Of a stretch of DNA of 64,000 bases, positions 21,597-30,167 are shown one piece after another. The notes beneath the pieces are model-generated. The model ran no database searches, had not been told where the DNA came from, and was given only the letters and a program-made list of their open reading frames with translations. The DNA is taken from assembly GCA_963815215.1 (NCBI GenBank), contig CAWFFU010000011.1:608001-672000 (forward strand), read 5' to 3'. Every line of letters starts with the position of its first letter. Position 1 is the first letter of the stretch. A program made the position numbers and the translations under genes. The stretch comes from an uncultured Trueperaceae bacterium (GTDB taxonomy: Bacteria > Deinococcota > Deinococci > Deinococcales > Trueperaceae).

Positions 21597-22570
21597 GCCG
21601 CATCGCACACCGCAGCGCACACCGCATCGTGGTGGCGGAGTTCCTGCCGGAAGCGGCCCTGGCCCTGCTGCGCGAGGCCGGCGAGGTGGTCGGCGGGCCG
21701 GACCTGCACGCGCGCCGGCCCGAGCTGCTCGAGCTCCTCCACGACGCCGAGGCCCTGGTGGTGCGCAATCAGACGCGCGTCGACACGCATCTGCTCGAGG
21801 GCGCGCCGCGACTGCGCGTGGTCGGCCGGGTGGGCACCGGGCTCGACAACTTCGAGCTCGCCGCGCTACGCGAGCGCGGGGTGACCCTCACATACTCCCC
21901 GGGCGCCAACGCCGCCAGCGTGGCGGAGTACGTGATGGGAGCGGTGCTCACCGTCTACCGGCGCTTCGTGCCTGTGGCGGCCGCCGTGGCCGCCGGCGGT
22001 TGGGACCGCCAGGCCGCCACCGGACGCGAGTTGGTCGGCGGGGTGATGGGCATCGTGGGGCTGGGCGACATCGGCGCGCGCGTCGCTCGGCGGGCGCGCG
22101 CCTTCGGCATGACGGTCGTCGCCACCGATCCCTACCTGCACGAGGCCAGCCCTGCGGTGCAGGAGAACGGCGTCACGCTGCTCCCCCTCGAGGCGCTGCT
22201 CGAACGCTCGGACGTGGTCACGCTCCACTCACCGCTCTCCCCCGCCACCCGTCATCTGCTGGGCGAGGAGCAGCTGGCCCTCATGAGGCCCGGGTCCCTG
22301 CTCGTCAACACCGGTCGCGGCGGGTTGCTGGACGAACCGGCGCTGGCCCGCGCGCTGCGCCGCGGCCGGCCGGCCGCGGCCGTGCTCGACGTGCGCGATC
22401 CCGAGCCTCCGGGCGAGGACGACCCTCTGCGCGGGGCACCGAACCTGCTGGTGACACCCCACGTGGCGGGCGTCACCGAGCAGGCGCTCGAGCGCGGCGC
22501 CTGCCACGTGGCCCGCGACGTGGTCCGTGTCCTGTCGGGCCGACCGCCCGTCAGCGCCGTCCCTACCTAG
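21593..22570 (+). CDS. D-isomer-specific 2-hydroxyacid dehydrogenase, (S)-sulfolactate dehydrogenase SlcC-like
   Basis: IVVAEFL, ALVVRNQTRVD, GRVGTGLDN, GANAASVAEYV, GLGDIG, NTGRGG, TPHVAGVT; no ACT domain, unlike typical SerA. Confidence 0.8.
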   Translation: MSRIAHRSAHRIVVAEFLPEAALALLREAGEVVGGPDLHARRPELLELLHDAEALVVRNQTRVDTHLLEGAPRLRVVGRVGTGLDNFELAALRERGVTLTYSPGANAASVAEYVMGAVLTVYRRFVPVAAAVAAGGWDRQAATGRELVGGVMGIVGLGDIGARVARRARAFGMTVVATDPYLHEASPAVQENGVTLLPLEALLERSDVVTLHSPLSPATRHLLGEEQLALMRPGSLLVNTGRGGLLDEPALARALRRGRPAAAVLDVRDPEPPGEDDPLRGAPNLLVTPHVAGVTEQALERGACHVARDVVRVLSGRPPVSAVPT

Positions 22571-22651
22571 CCGGGCGCGCCGCGCTCCGCGGGTGCCCTC
22601 CGGGCGCGTCTCCCATGATTCTCAGCGCTTCCGGGCCCAGTTCTCCCCGTC

Positions 22652-22704
22652 ATGGACGCATTGCGTCCATTTCATTGACTTGCATGACGCAAAACTCCTA
22701 TGAT
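22652..22704 (+). promoter_or_regulatory. Sigma70-type promoter with upstream inverted repeat
   Basis: TTGACT(22675-22680)-N18-TATGAT(22699-22704); perfect 9-1-9 repeat ATGGACGCA-T-TGCGTCCAT at 22652-22670. Confidence 0.65.
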
Positions 22705-22769
22705 GTGAGGCGCCTGAAAAGTCATGCACACGGGAGGATGGGCCTTCGCGCAAGCGGGTCCGGCCTTGG

Positions 22770-23288
22770 ATGAGAATAGGGACGTATCACCAGCTCGACC
22801 GCATCGACCAGCAGATCGTCGATCTGCTGCGCACGGACGGACGCATGCCCTACCGCGAGATCGCCCGCCGCCTGTCGGTCTCCGAGTCGATGGTGCGCAA
22901 GCGCGCCGGCAAGCTCCTGGAGTCCGGTTGGATGCGGATCCTCGCCATCAGCGACCCCCTCAAGCTAGGGGTCCCTATCGTTGCCACCACCTACGCCAGC
23001 GTCAGTCCGAACGTGCTGGAGGAGGTGACCGACGCACTGGCCCGCAATGAGGCGGTCCGCTACCTGGCCATCGGCGTAGGCAGCCGCAACCTGGTCGTCG
23101 AGTCGCTCCACGCCTCGGTCGAGGACGTGCACGCCTTCATCCAGAACGAGTTGGGAAGGGAGGGAGTCTACGAGAGCGAGACCATCCACGTGGTGAAGAT
23201 CAAGAAGAGCGTATGGGACTGGCCCATGCCGACCGAGTCCGACGACAGCGCAACGACCCCGAATCCGGAACGGAGAGACGACACATGA
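22770..23288 (+). CDS. Lrp/AsnC-family transcriptional regulator
   Basis: LDRIDQQIVDLLRTDGRMPYREIARRLSVSESMVRKR HTH followed by a RAM-like domain. Confidence 0.9.
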   Translation: MRIGTYHQLDRIDQQIVDLLRTDGRMPYREIARRLSVSESMVRKRAGKLLESGWMRILAISDPLKLGVPIVATTYASVSPNVLEEVTDALARNEAVRYLAIGVGSRNLVVESLHASVEDVHAFIQNELGREGVYESETIHVVKIKKSVWDWPMPTESDDSATTPNPERRDDT

Positions 23289-24790
23289 AACGCTTGACCC
23301 TGACCCTCGGCCTGCTCGCGATGCTGGCCGCCGCCGGCATGGGCTTCGCCCAGAAGAGCGGTGGCACCCTGATCGCAGCCTGGGCCCAAGACCCGGTGAG
23401 CCTGGACCCGCAGGTCACCAGCGCCTACTCGAGCTTCCAGGTCCTGGAGAACGTGCTCGACACCCTGGTGGCGCTCGATCAGCAGGACAAGATCGTGCCG
23501 TCGCTGGCCACCAGCTGGGAGTCCTCGGCCGACGGCCTCACCTGGACCTTCCATCTGCGCCACGACGTCAAGTTCAGCAACGGCCGTCCGATGACGGCGC
23601 AGGACGTCGTCTACACCTACGACCGCATGCTCGACCCCAAGACCGGCTCCGGCAACGCCTACCTGCTGGCCGGCGTCGAGAAGGTCACGGCGCCCGACGA
23701 CTACACCGTGCAGTTCCAGCTCAAGGCGCCCAATGTCGCCCTGCTCGGCCATCTTGCGGTCAACAAGTCCGTCGGCATCATCGCCAAGGAGTCGGTCCAG
23801 AACGGCACCATCAAGACCCAGCCGATCGGCACCGGCCCGTTCATGATCTCCGACTTCGAACCGGGCAACAAGGTCGTGCTGAAGAAGAATCCCTACTACT
23901 GGAAGCCGGGCCTGCCCTACCTCGACGAGGTCGACATCAAGATCATCACCGACGAGTCGGTGCGGCAGACGGGCCTGCTCGCCGGTGACATCGACTGGGC
24001 CATCAGTGTGCCGCCGCAGAGCCTGGACCAGCTCCAGAACGCACAGGGCGTGGTAGTGGACAAGACCACGGCGGGCGCGTACTGGTATATCGGCGTCAAC
24101 CTCAACAACCAGTACCTCAAGAACCCCAAGGTCCGCGAGGCCATCAACTACGCCATCAACCGCAAGGACATCACCACCGCGATGACGTTCGGCACGGGCG
24201 AGCCCACCCAGGACCCCATCCCGTCGTCGAGCGCCTGGGCCTACAACTATGCCCCCTACAGCTACGACCCCGGCAAGGCCAAGCAGTTGCTGGCCGACGC
24301 CGGCTACCCCAACGGCTTCCGCATGATGATCATGCCCACCACGCAGTACCCGGAGTCGGTCCGTGGCGCCCAGGTGATCCAGCAGAATCTCGGCCAGATC
24401 GGCATCAAGGTGACCATCAAGACGCTGGAGTGGGCGCAGTGGCTGCAGGAGGAAGGCAAGGGCAACTACGACACCTACGTGTGCTCGTGGAACGGCCTCG
24501 TCGACCCCGACGACTACTTCTACGCGCAGCAGAAGACCGGCGAGGTCTTCAACTTCACGGGCTACAGCAACACCAAGGTCGATCAGCTGCTCTCCGAGGG
24601 CCGCAAGACGCAGGGCTTCGACCAGCGCAAGGCGATCTACCAGCAGGTCAACAAGATGGTGGTGGACGACGCTCCGTACATCTACATGTACAACCCCGCC
24701 AACATCAACGCCTACCGCTCCTACGTCAAGGGCTACGCTGCCCGCCCCGACCAGGCGGTGAACTTCACCCAGACCTGGCTCGACAAGTGA
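23285..24790 (+). CDS. Dpp/Opp-family ABC substrate-binding protein
   Basis: Signal peptide, GGTL, SLDP, PSLATSW, IGTGPF, VREAINYAINR. Confidence 0.9.
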   Translation: MKRLTLTLGLLAMLAAAGMGFAQKSGGTLIAAWAQDPVSLDPQVTSAYSSFQVLENVLDTLVALDQQDKIVPSLATSWESSADGLTWTFHLRHDVKFSNGRPMTAQDVVYTYDRMLDPKTGSGNAYLLAGVEKVTAPDDYTVQFQLKAPNVALLGHLAVNKSVGIIAKESVQNGTIKTQPIGTGPFMISDFEPGNKVVLKKNPYYWKPGLPYLDEVDIKIITDESVRQTGLLAGDIDWAISVPPQSLDQLQNAQGVVVDKTTAGAYWYIGVNLNNQYLKNPKVREAINYAINRKDITTAMTFGTGEPTQDPIPSSSAWAYNYAPYSYDPGKAKQLLADAGYPNGFRMMIMPTTQYPESVRGAQVIQQNLGQIGIKVTIKTLEWAQWLQEEGKGNYDTYVCSWNGLVDPDDYFYAQQKTGEVFNFTGYSNTKVDQLLSEGRKTQGFDQRKAIYQQVNKMVVDDAPYIYMYNPANINAYRSYVKGYAARPDQAVNFTQTWLDK

Positions 24791-24825
24791 GCGCGGCTCG
24801 CTGAGCCCCGTTCCACGAGCTCCGA

Positions 24826-24853
24826 GCGGGAGGCGGCGCGGGCCGCCTCCCGC
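24826..24853 (+). terminator. Stem-loop after the SBP gene
   Basis: 12-bp perfect stem GCGGGAGGCGGC-GCGG-GCCGCCTCCCGC. Confidence 0.5.
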
Positions 24854-24892
24854 ATCCCTTCGGGTTTCCGTTATCTTGTCTTCGAGGTACCT

Positions 24893-25843
24893 GTGAGCCT
24901 TCGCTATCTTCTGCAACGGTTGGGCACGTTGCTGCTGGTGCTGTTCGGGGTGTCGATCCTGACCTTCTCGATCATCCCGCTGGTGCCGGGCAGCCCGGCC
25001 CGCGTCACACTGGGCGTGCAGGCCACCGACGCGTCGGTGGCAGCGCTCGAGCACAGCATGGGCCTCGACCGCCCGCTCCCCGCCCAGTACTGGAGTTGGG
25101 TCACCGGAATCGTGCTGCACGGCGACTTCGGAAAGAGCTTGATCAGCGGCAAGCCGATCACGGAGCAGGTGCGCCACCGCCTGCCGGCCACCCTGATCCT
25201 GGCCTTCACCGCGCTCCTGATCGGCCTGCTCATCGCCGTCCCCAGCGGCATCGTCTCGGCCCTACGGCCCGGCAGCGCGCGCGACCTGGGGGTCTCCTTG
25301 ATGAGCCAGATCGGCGTGTCGATCCCGGACTTCTGGCTCGGTATCCTGCTCATCCTGCTCTTCGCCCAGGTCCTCCACTGGTTGCCCTCGAGCGGCTACG
25401 CCCCGCTCTCCGAAGGGCTGGGCGCCTATCTCAGGCACATCCTCCTGCCCGCCGCCACCGCCGGCGTCATCAGCGGCTCGATCATGGCGCGCTTCGTGCG
25501 CTCGGCCATGATGGAAGTGCTCGGCAACGACTACGTGCGGACGGCTCGAGCCAAGGGTCTGGACCCGCGCCGCGTCATCGGCAAGCACGTGCTCCGCAAC
25601 GCCGCCATCACCATCGTCACCATCGTCGGGCTGCAGATGGCGACGCTGCTGTCGTCGGTGGTGGTGGTGGAGATCATCTTCGCCTGGCCGGGCCTGGGCT
25701 CGATGGCCCTGACCGCCACCCTCCAGCGCGACTATCCCGTGCTACAGGCGTCGGTGCTGCTGTTCGCCACCTCCTTCGCGGTCATCAACCTGCTGACCGA
25801 CCTCTCCTACGTGCTGCTCGACCCGAGCGTGGAGTACGCATGA
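24893..25843 (+). CDS. Dpp/Opp-family ABC permease (DppB-like)
   Basis: GDFGKS, IPDFWLG, DYVRTARAKGL, EIIFAWPGLG, RDYPVLQ. Confidence 0.9.
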   Translation: MSLRYLLQRLGTLLLVLFGVSILTFSIIPLVPGSPARVTLGVQATDASVAALEHSMGLDRPLPAQYWSWVTGIVLHGDFGKSLISGKPITEQVRHRLPATLILAFTALLIGLLIAVPSGIVSALRPGSARDLGVSLMSQIGVSIPDFWLGILLILLFAQVLHWLPSSGYAPLSEGLGAYLRHILLPAATAGVISGSIMARFVRSAMMEVLGNDYVRTARAKGLDPRRVIGKHVLRNAAITIVTIVGLQMATLLSSVVVVEIIFAWPGLGSMALTATLQRDYPVLQASVLLFATSFAVINLLTDLSYVLLDPSVEYA

Positions 25844-25854
25844 GAGGTACACCA

Positions 25855-26745
25855 ATGAGCGACGCCGTCGTCGCCACCGCACCGGACGCCCTCGGCACCG
25901 AGGAGGCCACCGTCCGCCGCTCGCTGGTGAGGCGCGCCCTGCGCCACCCGCTGGTCGTCACCGGCAGCATCGTGGTGCTGGCGTTGGCCGTCGTCGCCGT
26001 GTTCGGCCACTGGCTCGCGCCCTTCGATCCGACCGCCATGGACTTCGCCGCGCGCTTCGCGCCGCCCTCGCTGGCACACCCCTTCGGCACCGATGATTTC
26101 GGTCGCGACGTCTTGTCACGCGTGCTCTACGGTGCGGCGGTGTCGTTCGAGGTGGCGTTCATCGCCGTCGGCATCTCCGGCACCGTGGGGGTGCTGCTCG
26201 GCCTGCTGGCCGGCTTCCTGGGGGGCTGGATCGACGAGCTGGTCATGCGCGTGATGGACATCCTGTTCGCGTTCCCCGCCGTCCTGCTGGCCATCACCGT
26301 GATGGCCATCCTGGGGCGCGGCGTGGGCAACGCCATGATCGCCATCGCCATCGTCTACATCCCCATCTTCGCGCGCGTCACGCGCGGGGCGGTCATCGGC
26401 GTGCGCGGTCGGGAGTTCGTGACCGCCGCCCGCGCCATGGGTCAGGGGCCGTGGCGGATCATGCTGAGGCACGTCCTTCCCAACGCGCTGGGGCCCATCA
26501 TCGTGCAGACCTCCCTGAGCCTCGCGTTCGCCATCCTGGCGGAAGCTGCGCTGTCGTTCTTCGGCCTCGGCACCCAACCGCCGGCGCCGAGCTGGGGACG
26601 CATGCTCTCCGAGGGACGCTCCTTCCTCCATCAGGCCCCGTGGATGGGCATCTTCCCGGGCCTGGCCATCATGGTGTCGGTACTCGGCTTCAACCTCCTC
26701 GGCGACGGCCTGCGCGACGTTCTCGATCCGCGCTCGAATCGTTGA
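25855..26745 (+). CDS. Dpp/Opp-family ABC permease (DppC-like); alternative start 25840
   Basis: HPFGTDDFGRD, QPPAPSWG, GDGLRDVLDPR. Confidence 0.9.
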   Translation: MSDAVVATAPDALGTEEATVRRSLVRRALRHPLVVTGSIVVLALAVVAVFGHWLAPFDPTAMDFAARFAPPSLAHPFGTDDFGRDVLSRVLYGAAVSFEVAFIAVGISGTVGVLLGLLAGFLGGWIDELVMRVMDILFAFPAVLLAITVMAILGRGVGNAMIAIAIVYIPIFARVTRGAVIGVRGREFVTAARAMGQGPWRIMLRHVLPNALGPIIVQTSLSLAFAILAEAALSFFGLGTQPPAPSWGRMLSEGRSFLHQAPWMGIFPGLAIMVSVLGFNLLGDGLRDVLDPRSNR

Positions 26746-26763
26746 GAGCGCCGCGGTGACGCC

Positions 26764-29052
26764 TTGAGCAACGTCGGGCCGCGCCCGCCGGCCGCGATCC
26801 TCGGCCTGCCGCGAATGCGCGCCGCGGTCTCGCTGCTGGCGGGCGCAGGGCTGCTGCTGGAGATCGCGCTCACGCGCATGCTGTCGCTGCTCTACTTCAG
26901 CCCGTTCGTCTACGTGCTGCTGGCGGTGGCGGTGCTCGGTTCGGGGTTGGGGGCCGCAGCCGCCACGCTCCTGCCACGGACGCGCCGGCGCTCCGGCGCA
27001 GCGCTGGCGGCGTTGGCCGGAGGCCTCGTCACCCCGCTGGTCGTGGTGCTGCTGCTCCAGGTCGCGACGACGCCCCTGCAGGGCCTGGCGCTGGCGCTGT
27101 GCGCCCTGCCGTTCGTCTTCCTGGGGCACGCGCTGGCGACCCTGTTCGCGTTGCGGAGCGCGGCTGCGCCGCGCCTGTACCTGAGCGACCTGGTGGGCGC
27201 CGGCGTCGGCGCACTCGCCTCCGTGGCGGGGCTCGACGCCCTCGGCGCCGTCGGCACGGTGCTGCTCGCCGGCCTGCTGGCGGCACTGGCGGGTTCGGTG
27301 CTGGCGCCGCGGCCGCTGCTCGGCGCGGCCTTGGTGGCGTCGGTCGCTTGCGGCGCGCTCCTGGCGGGGGAGCTCGCCAGCGGCTGGCCGCAGCCGCCGC
27401 TCGCCGCACTCGCCGCACCCAAGCCGCTGAGTCGCGAGCTGCGGAGCGGCGCGACACCGGTCGCACACGCCTGGGACGCGCTCGGGCGCAGCGACCTGGT
27501 GCGCCGACCCGACGGTAGCCTGTACCTCTATCTCGACGGAGGCGCCGGTTCGCTGGTGCCCGACACCTCCAGGCCGACCACCTACCTTCACGACGTCGGC
27601 GCCTACGCTTACGCCGTCCAGGAGCCGAAGAGCGTGTTCGTCGTCGGCCCGGGCGGGGGGCTCGACGTGGCGCTCGCCAAGGCCTTCAACGTCCCCTCGA
27701 TCACCGCCGTCGAGCTCAATGGCGCCGGCGTGCGGTTGGCCGAGCGCGCCTCGTCCTCCGGTCTGGTGGCGGGCGCCGCGGCCTACGCCGGTGTGGACCT
27801 CCACATCGACGAGGGCCGCAGCTTCCTGCGCCGCCGGGGCGGCCGGTACGACCTGATCCTGCTATCGCAGGTCGTCACCGACGCCGCCGAAGCGCGCTCG
27901 TACGCGCTGGTCGAGAACTCGGTGTACACGGTCGAGGCCTTCCGTGAGGACCTGGCCCACCTGACGTCCGGCGGCGCGCTGGCACTCAAGCTCTACGACG
28001 AGGTCACCCTGACGCGCGCGCTCACCACCGCCGTGACGGCACTCGCAGCGCGCGGCATGAGCCAGGCCGACGCCCTGCACCACACCCTGGCGGTGCTCGA
28101 CGCCCGTGGCAGCCGCCCGATCCCGCTACTCATGGTCTTCGACCATGCCCTCGGCCACGACGAGGCGCTCGCGTATGGGCGCCTGGCTCAGTCCGCGGGC
28201 CTACGGATCCTCTACCTGCCGGGCCTCGTGGAGAACCCGCCGCTCGATGCCCTCAGCGCAGGCCGCACCGATCTGGCCCACATCGAGGCGTCCAGCGGCG
28301 GCGTCGACATCGCTCCGACCTTCGATCGCCGCCCCTTCTTCTTCCAGTTCGAGCCCGGCCTGCCACGGCCGCTCGCGTCCCTGCTCTGGGGGCTGGCCGC
28401 GGTGGCGCTGGTCGGGGCGGGCCTCCTCGCGCTGCGTCAGCGGCGCCGGAGCGGGCCCGCCCGGCCTGCCCCGCTACTGTTCGCCTTCCTTGGGGCGGGC
28501 TTCATGCTGTTCGAAGTGGGCGCGCTGCAGCGCCTGCGGCTCTACCTCGGCCATCCCACCCTCACGCTGGCGGTGGGGCTGGCGGCCCTGCTGGTAGGCG
28601 CCGGGCTGGGCTCCGGCCTGGCCCCCCGCTTCGCCCGCAACGCGCGCCGGGAACCGGTCGCCATCGGCCTGGCCGCCGCCACGGTAGCGGGGGCGACCCT
28701 GGCCTGGAGCCTGCTCGTTCCGTTGTGGACGAACGCCACCCTGGCCTGGCCGACCGGCGCCCGAGCGACGCTGGCGGCGGCGTCGCTGCTGCTGGTCGCG
28801 CTCCCCATGGGCGTGCCGTTCCCGCTGGCGCTGCGGCTGGCGGGCCGGAGCGGTCCGGCCGAGGTCGCGTTGGGCTGGTCCGTCAACGGCGTGGCGGCCG
28901 TGGTGGGTAGTAGCGCAGCCACCGCCATCGCGGTGATGTGGGGCTTCCCCTACGTGCATGCGGCCGCCGCGGCGACCTACCTGCTGGCCGCGGGCGTGCC
29001 CCTCCTCATGGCGTCGAGCCGTCCGGCGTCGGCCGAAGCGCCACCACCGTAG
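26764..29052 (+). CDS. Membrane protein with central spermidine-synthase-like SAM-binding domain (start may be ATG 26815)
   Basis: N- and C-terminal TM bundles flank VVGPGGGLDV, AVELN, IDEGRSFL, YDLI and ENSVYTVEAF motifs. Confidence 0.75.
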   Translation: MSNVGPRPPAAILGLPRMRAAVSLLAGAGLLLEIALTRMLSLLYFSPFVYVLLAVAVLGSGLGAAAATLLPRTRRRSGAALAALAGGLVTPLVVVLLLQVATTPLQGLALALCALPFVFLGHALATLFALRSAAAPRLYLSDLVGAGVGALASVAGLDALGAVGTVLLAGLLAALAGSVLAPRPLLGAALVASVACGALLAGELASGWPQPPLAALAAPKPLSRELRSGATPVAHAWDALGRSDLVRRPDGSLYLYLDGGAGSLVPDTSRPTTYLHDVGAYAYAVQEPKSVFVVGPGGGLDVALAKAFNVPSITAVELNGAGVRLAERASSSGLVAGAAAYAGVDLHIDEGRSFLRRRGGRYDLILLSQVVTDAAEARSYALVENSVYTVEAFREDLAHLTSGGALALKLYDEVTLTRALTTAVTALAARGMSQADALHHTLAVLDARGSRPIPLLMVFDHALGHDEALAYGRLAQSAGLRILYLPGLVENPPLDALSAGRTDLAHIEASSGGVDIAPTFDRRPFFFQFEPGLPRPLASLLWGLAAVALVGAGLLALRQRRRSGPARPAPLLFAFLGAGFMLFEVGALQRLRLYLGHPTLTLAVGLAALLVGAGLGSGLAPRFARNARREPVAIGLAAATVAGATLAWSLLVPLWTNATLAWPTGARATLAAASLLLVALPMGVPFPLALRLAGRSGPAEVALGWSVNGVAAVVGSSAATAIAVMWGFPYVHAAAAATYLLAAGVPLLMASSRPASAEAPPP

Positions 29053-30100
29053 AGGCCTCCGCGAGCGAGCGCTCGACCGCCAGGCACAGGGCCACCGCCA
29101 CCCGCCCGTCCGCCCCGTCGGCCGGGACGGGCGTGCCCTCGGTCACGGCGCGGAGGAACGCCACGGTCTGACGCGGAAGGTCGAAGGCGTGCCCGCTGCG
29201 TTGCGGCACCGCCGCGCTGCGGATACCATCGCCGTCCTGCACCCACAGCGCCACCGTCGGTTCCTCGTCGGCGTCCCGGCGGCCGTCCCAACGCCCCCGC
29301 AGGGAGCCGTCGGCGGCGTTGAGATCGCAGTGCACGTGGTGCTCGAAGCCTGCGATGCTGCGCGTCACCATCGCCCGCGCACCGCTCTCGAAGGCGAGTC
29401 GCACGTCGAGGTTCTCGTACAGCCCCTCGCGGCCCGGGCGGCTCGTGGCCCACGCCTGCAGCTCGGTCACCTCGCCGAGGTACCAGCGGGCCAGGTCCAG
29501 ATAGTGGATGGGCTCCTCCAGGATGCTGCTGCCGAGCTTGACGGGATCCTGCTTCCAGCCCGACGAACCGGAGCGGTGCGGACGCCGGAACAGCCGCAGG
29601 TCGAGGTGGGTCGGCGGGCCCAGCCGCTCGGCTTCCTCGCGCAGCACCTCCAGCCAGCGGAACACGCGCATCTCGTGGCCCACGGCCAGCACGCGATCCG
29701 CACGCCCCGCCGCCGCCAGCATGCGGTCGCAATCCTCGATCGTGGTGGCCATGGGTTTCTCGACCAGCACGTGCTTGCCGGCATCCAGAGCGGCCACGGC
29801 ATGCTCAGCATGGAGGTAGTTGGGGCTGGCCACGATGACCGCGTCCATCTCGAAGGCCAGGAACGCCTCGATGTCGGTCGTGGCCGGCGTCCCCCATGCG
29901 TCCTGCAAGCGTCGGGCGCTGGCCGTGGTACGCACCAGCACCCCGGCCAGCGGTGTGCCCGTGCTCTCCAGCGCGCTGCGGTGGGCCGCCGCCCAGCGCC
30001 CCCCACCGATGATCCCCACCCGCACCGGAAGCGCCACGCCACCGCGCCGGCTCACACCGTGCCGGCTCACACCGTGCCGGCTCACACCGCGCTCGTTCAC
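29006..30100 (-). CDS. Gfo/Idh/MocA-family NAD(P) oxidoreductase (candidate NAD-dependent sulfoquinovosidase)
   Basis: VGIIGGG, SPNYLH, KHVLVEKPM, GHEMR, GSSILEEPIHYLDL; GTGA-coupled to the upstream gene. Confidence 0.8.
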   Translation of the reverse strand: MNERGVSRHGVSRHGVSRRGGVALPVRVGIIGGGRWAAAHRSALESTGTPLAGVLVRTTASARRLQDAWGTPATTDIEAFLAFEMDAVIVASPNYLHAEHAVAALDAGKHVLVEKPMATTIEDCDRMLAAAGRADRVLAVGHEMRVFRWLEVLREEAERLGPPTHLDLRLFRRPHRSGSSGWKQDPVKLGSSILEEPIHYLDLARWYLGEVTELQAWATSRPGREGLYENLDVRLAFESGARAMVTRSIAGFEHHVHCDLNAADGSLRGRWDGRRDADEEPTVALWVQDGDGIRSAAVPQRSGHAFDLPRQTVAFLRAVTEGTPVPADGADGRVAVALCLAVERSLAEASTVVALRPTPDGSTP

Positions 30101-30167
30101 ACCGCGCCCTCTCCGCGCGGGGCCGGGTCGCCGCGGACCTCGGCGCGGACCTCGGCGCGGACCTCTG
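30046..30167. repeat. Two short tandem-repeat arrays at the junction of the Gfo genes
   Basis: 15-bp GCCGGCTCACACCGT x3 (third ends in C) plus one degenerate copy (30046-30105); 12-bp CGCGGACCTCGG x3 (30132-30167, last imperfect). Confidence 0.85.

Noticed and set aside
21593..22570. serA (phosphoglycerate dehydrogenase) assignment
   Set aside because: There is no ACT/ASB domain, and both the context and the N-terminal pattern fit the SlcC-like subgroup better. SerA is not fully excluded.
30046..30167. Possible CRISPR array (also considered for 51169-51228)
   Set aside because: The units are contiguous 12-15-bp repeats without spacers, lie inside coding sequence, and no cas genes are present.
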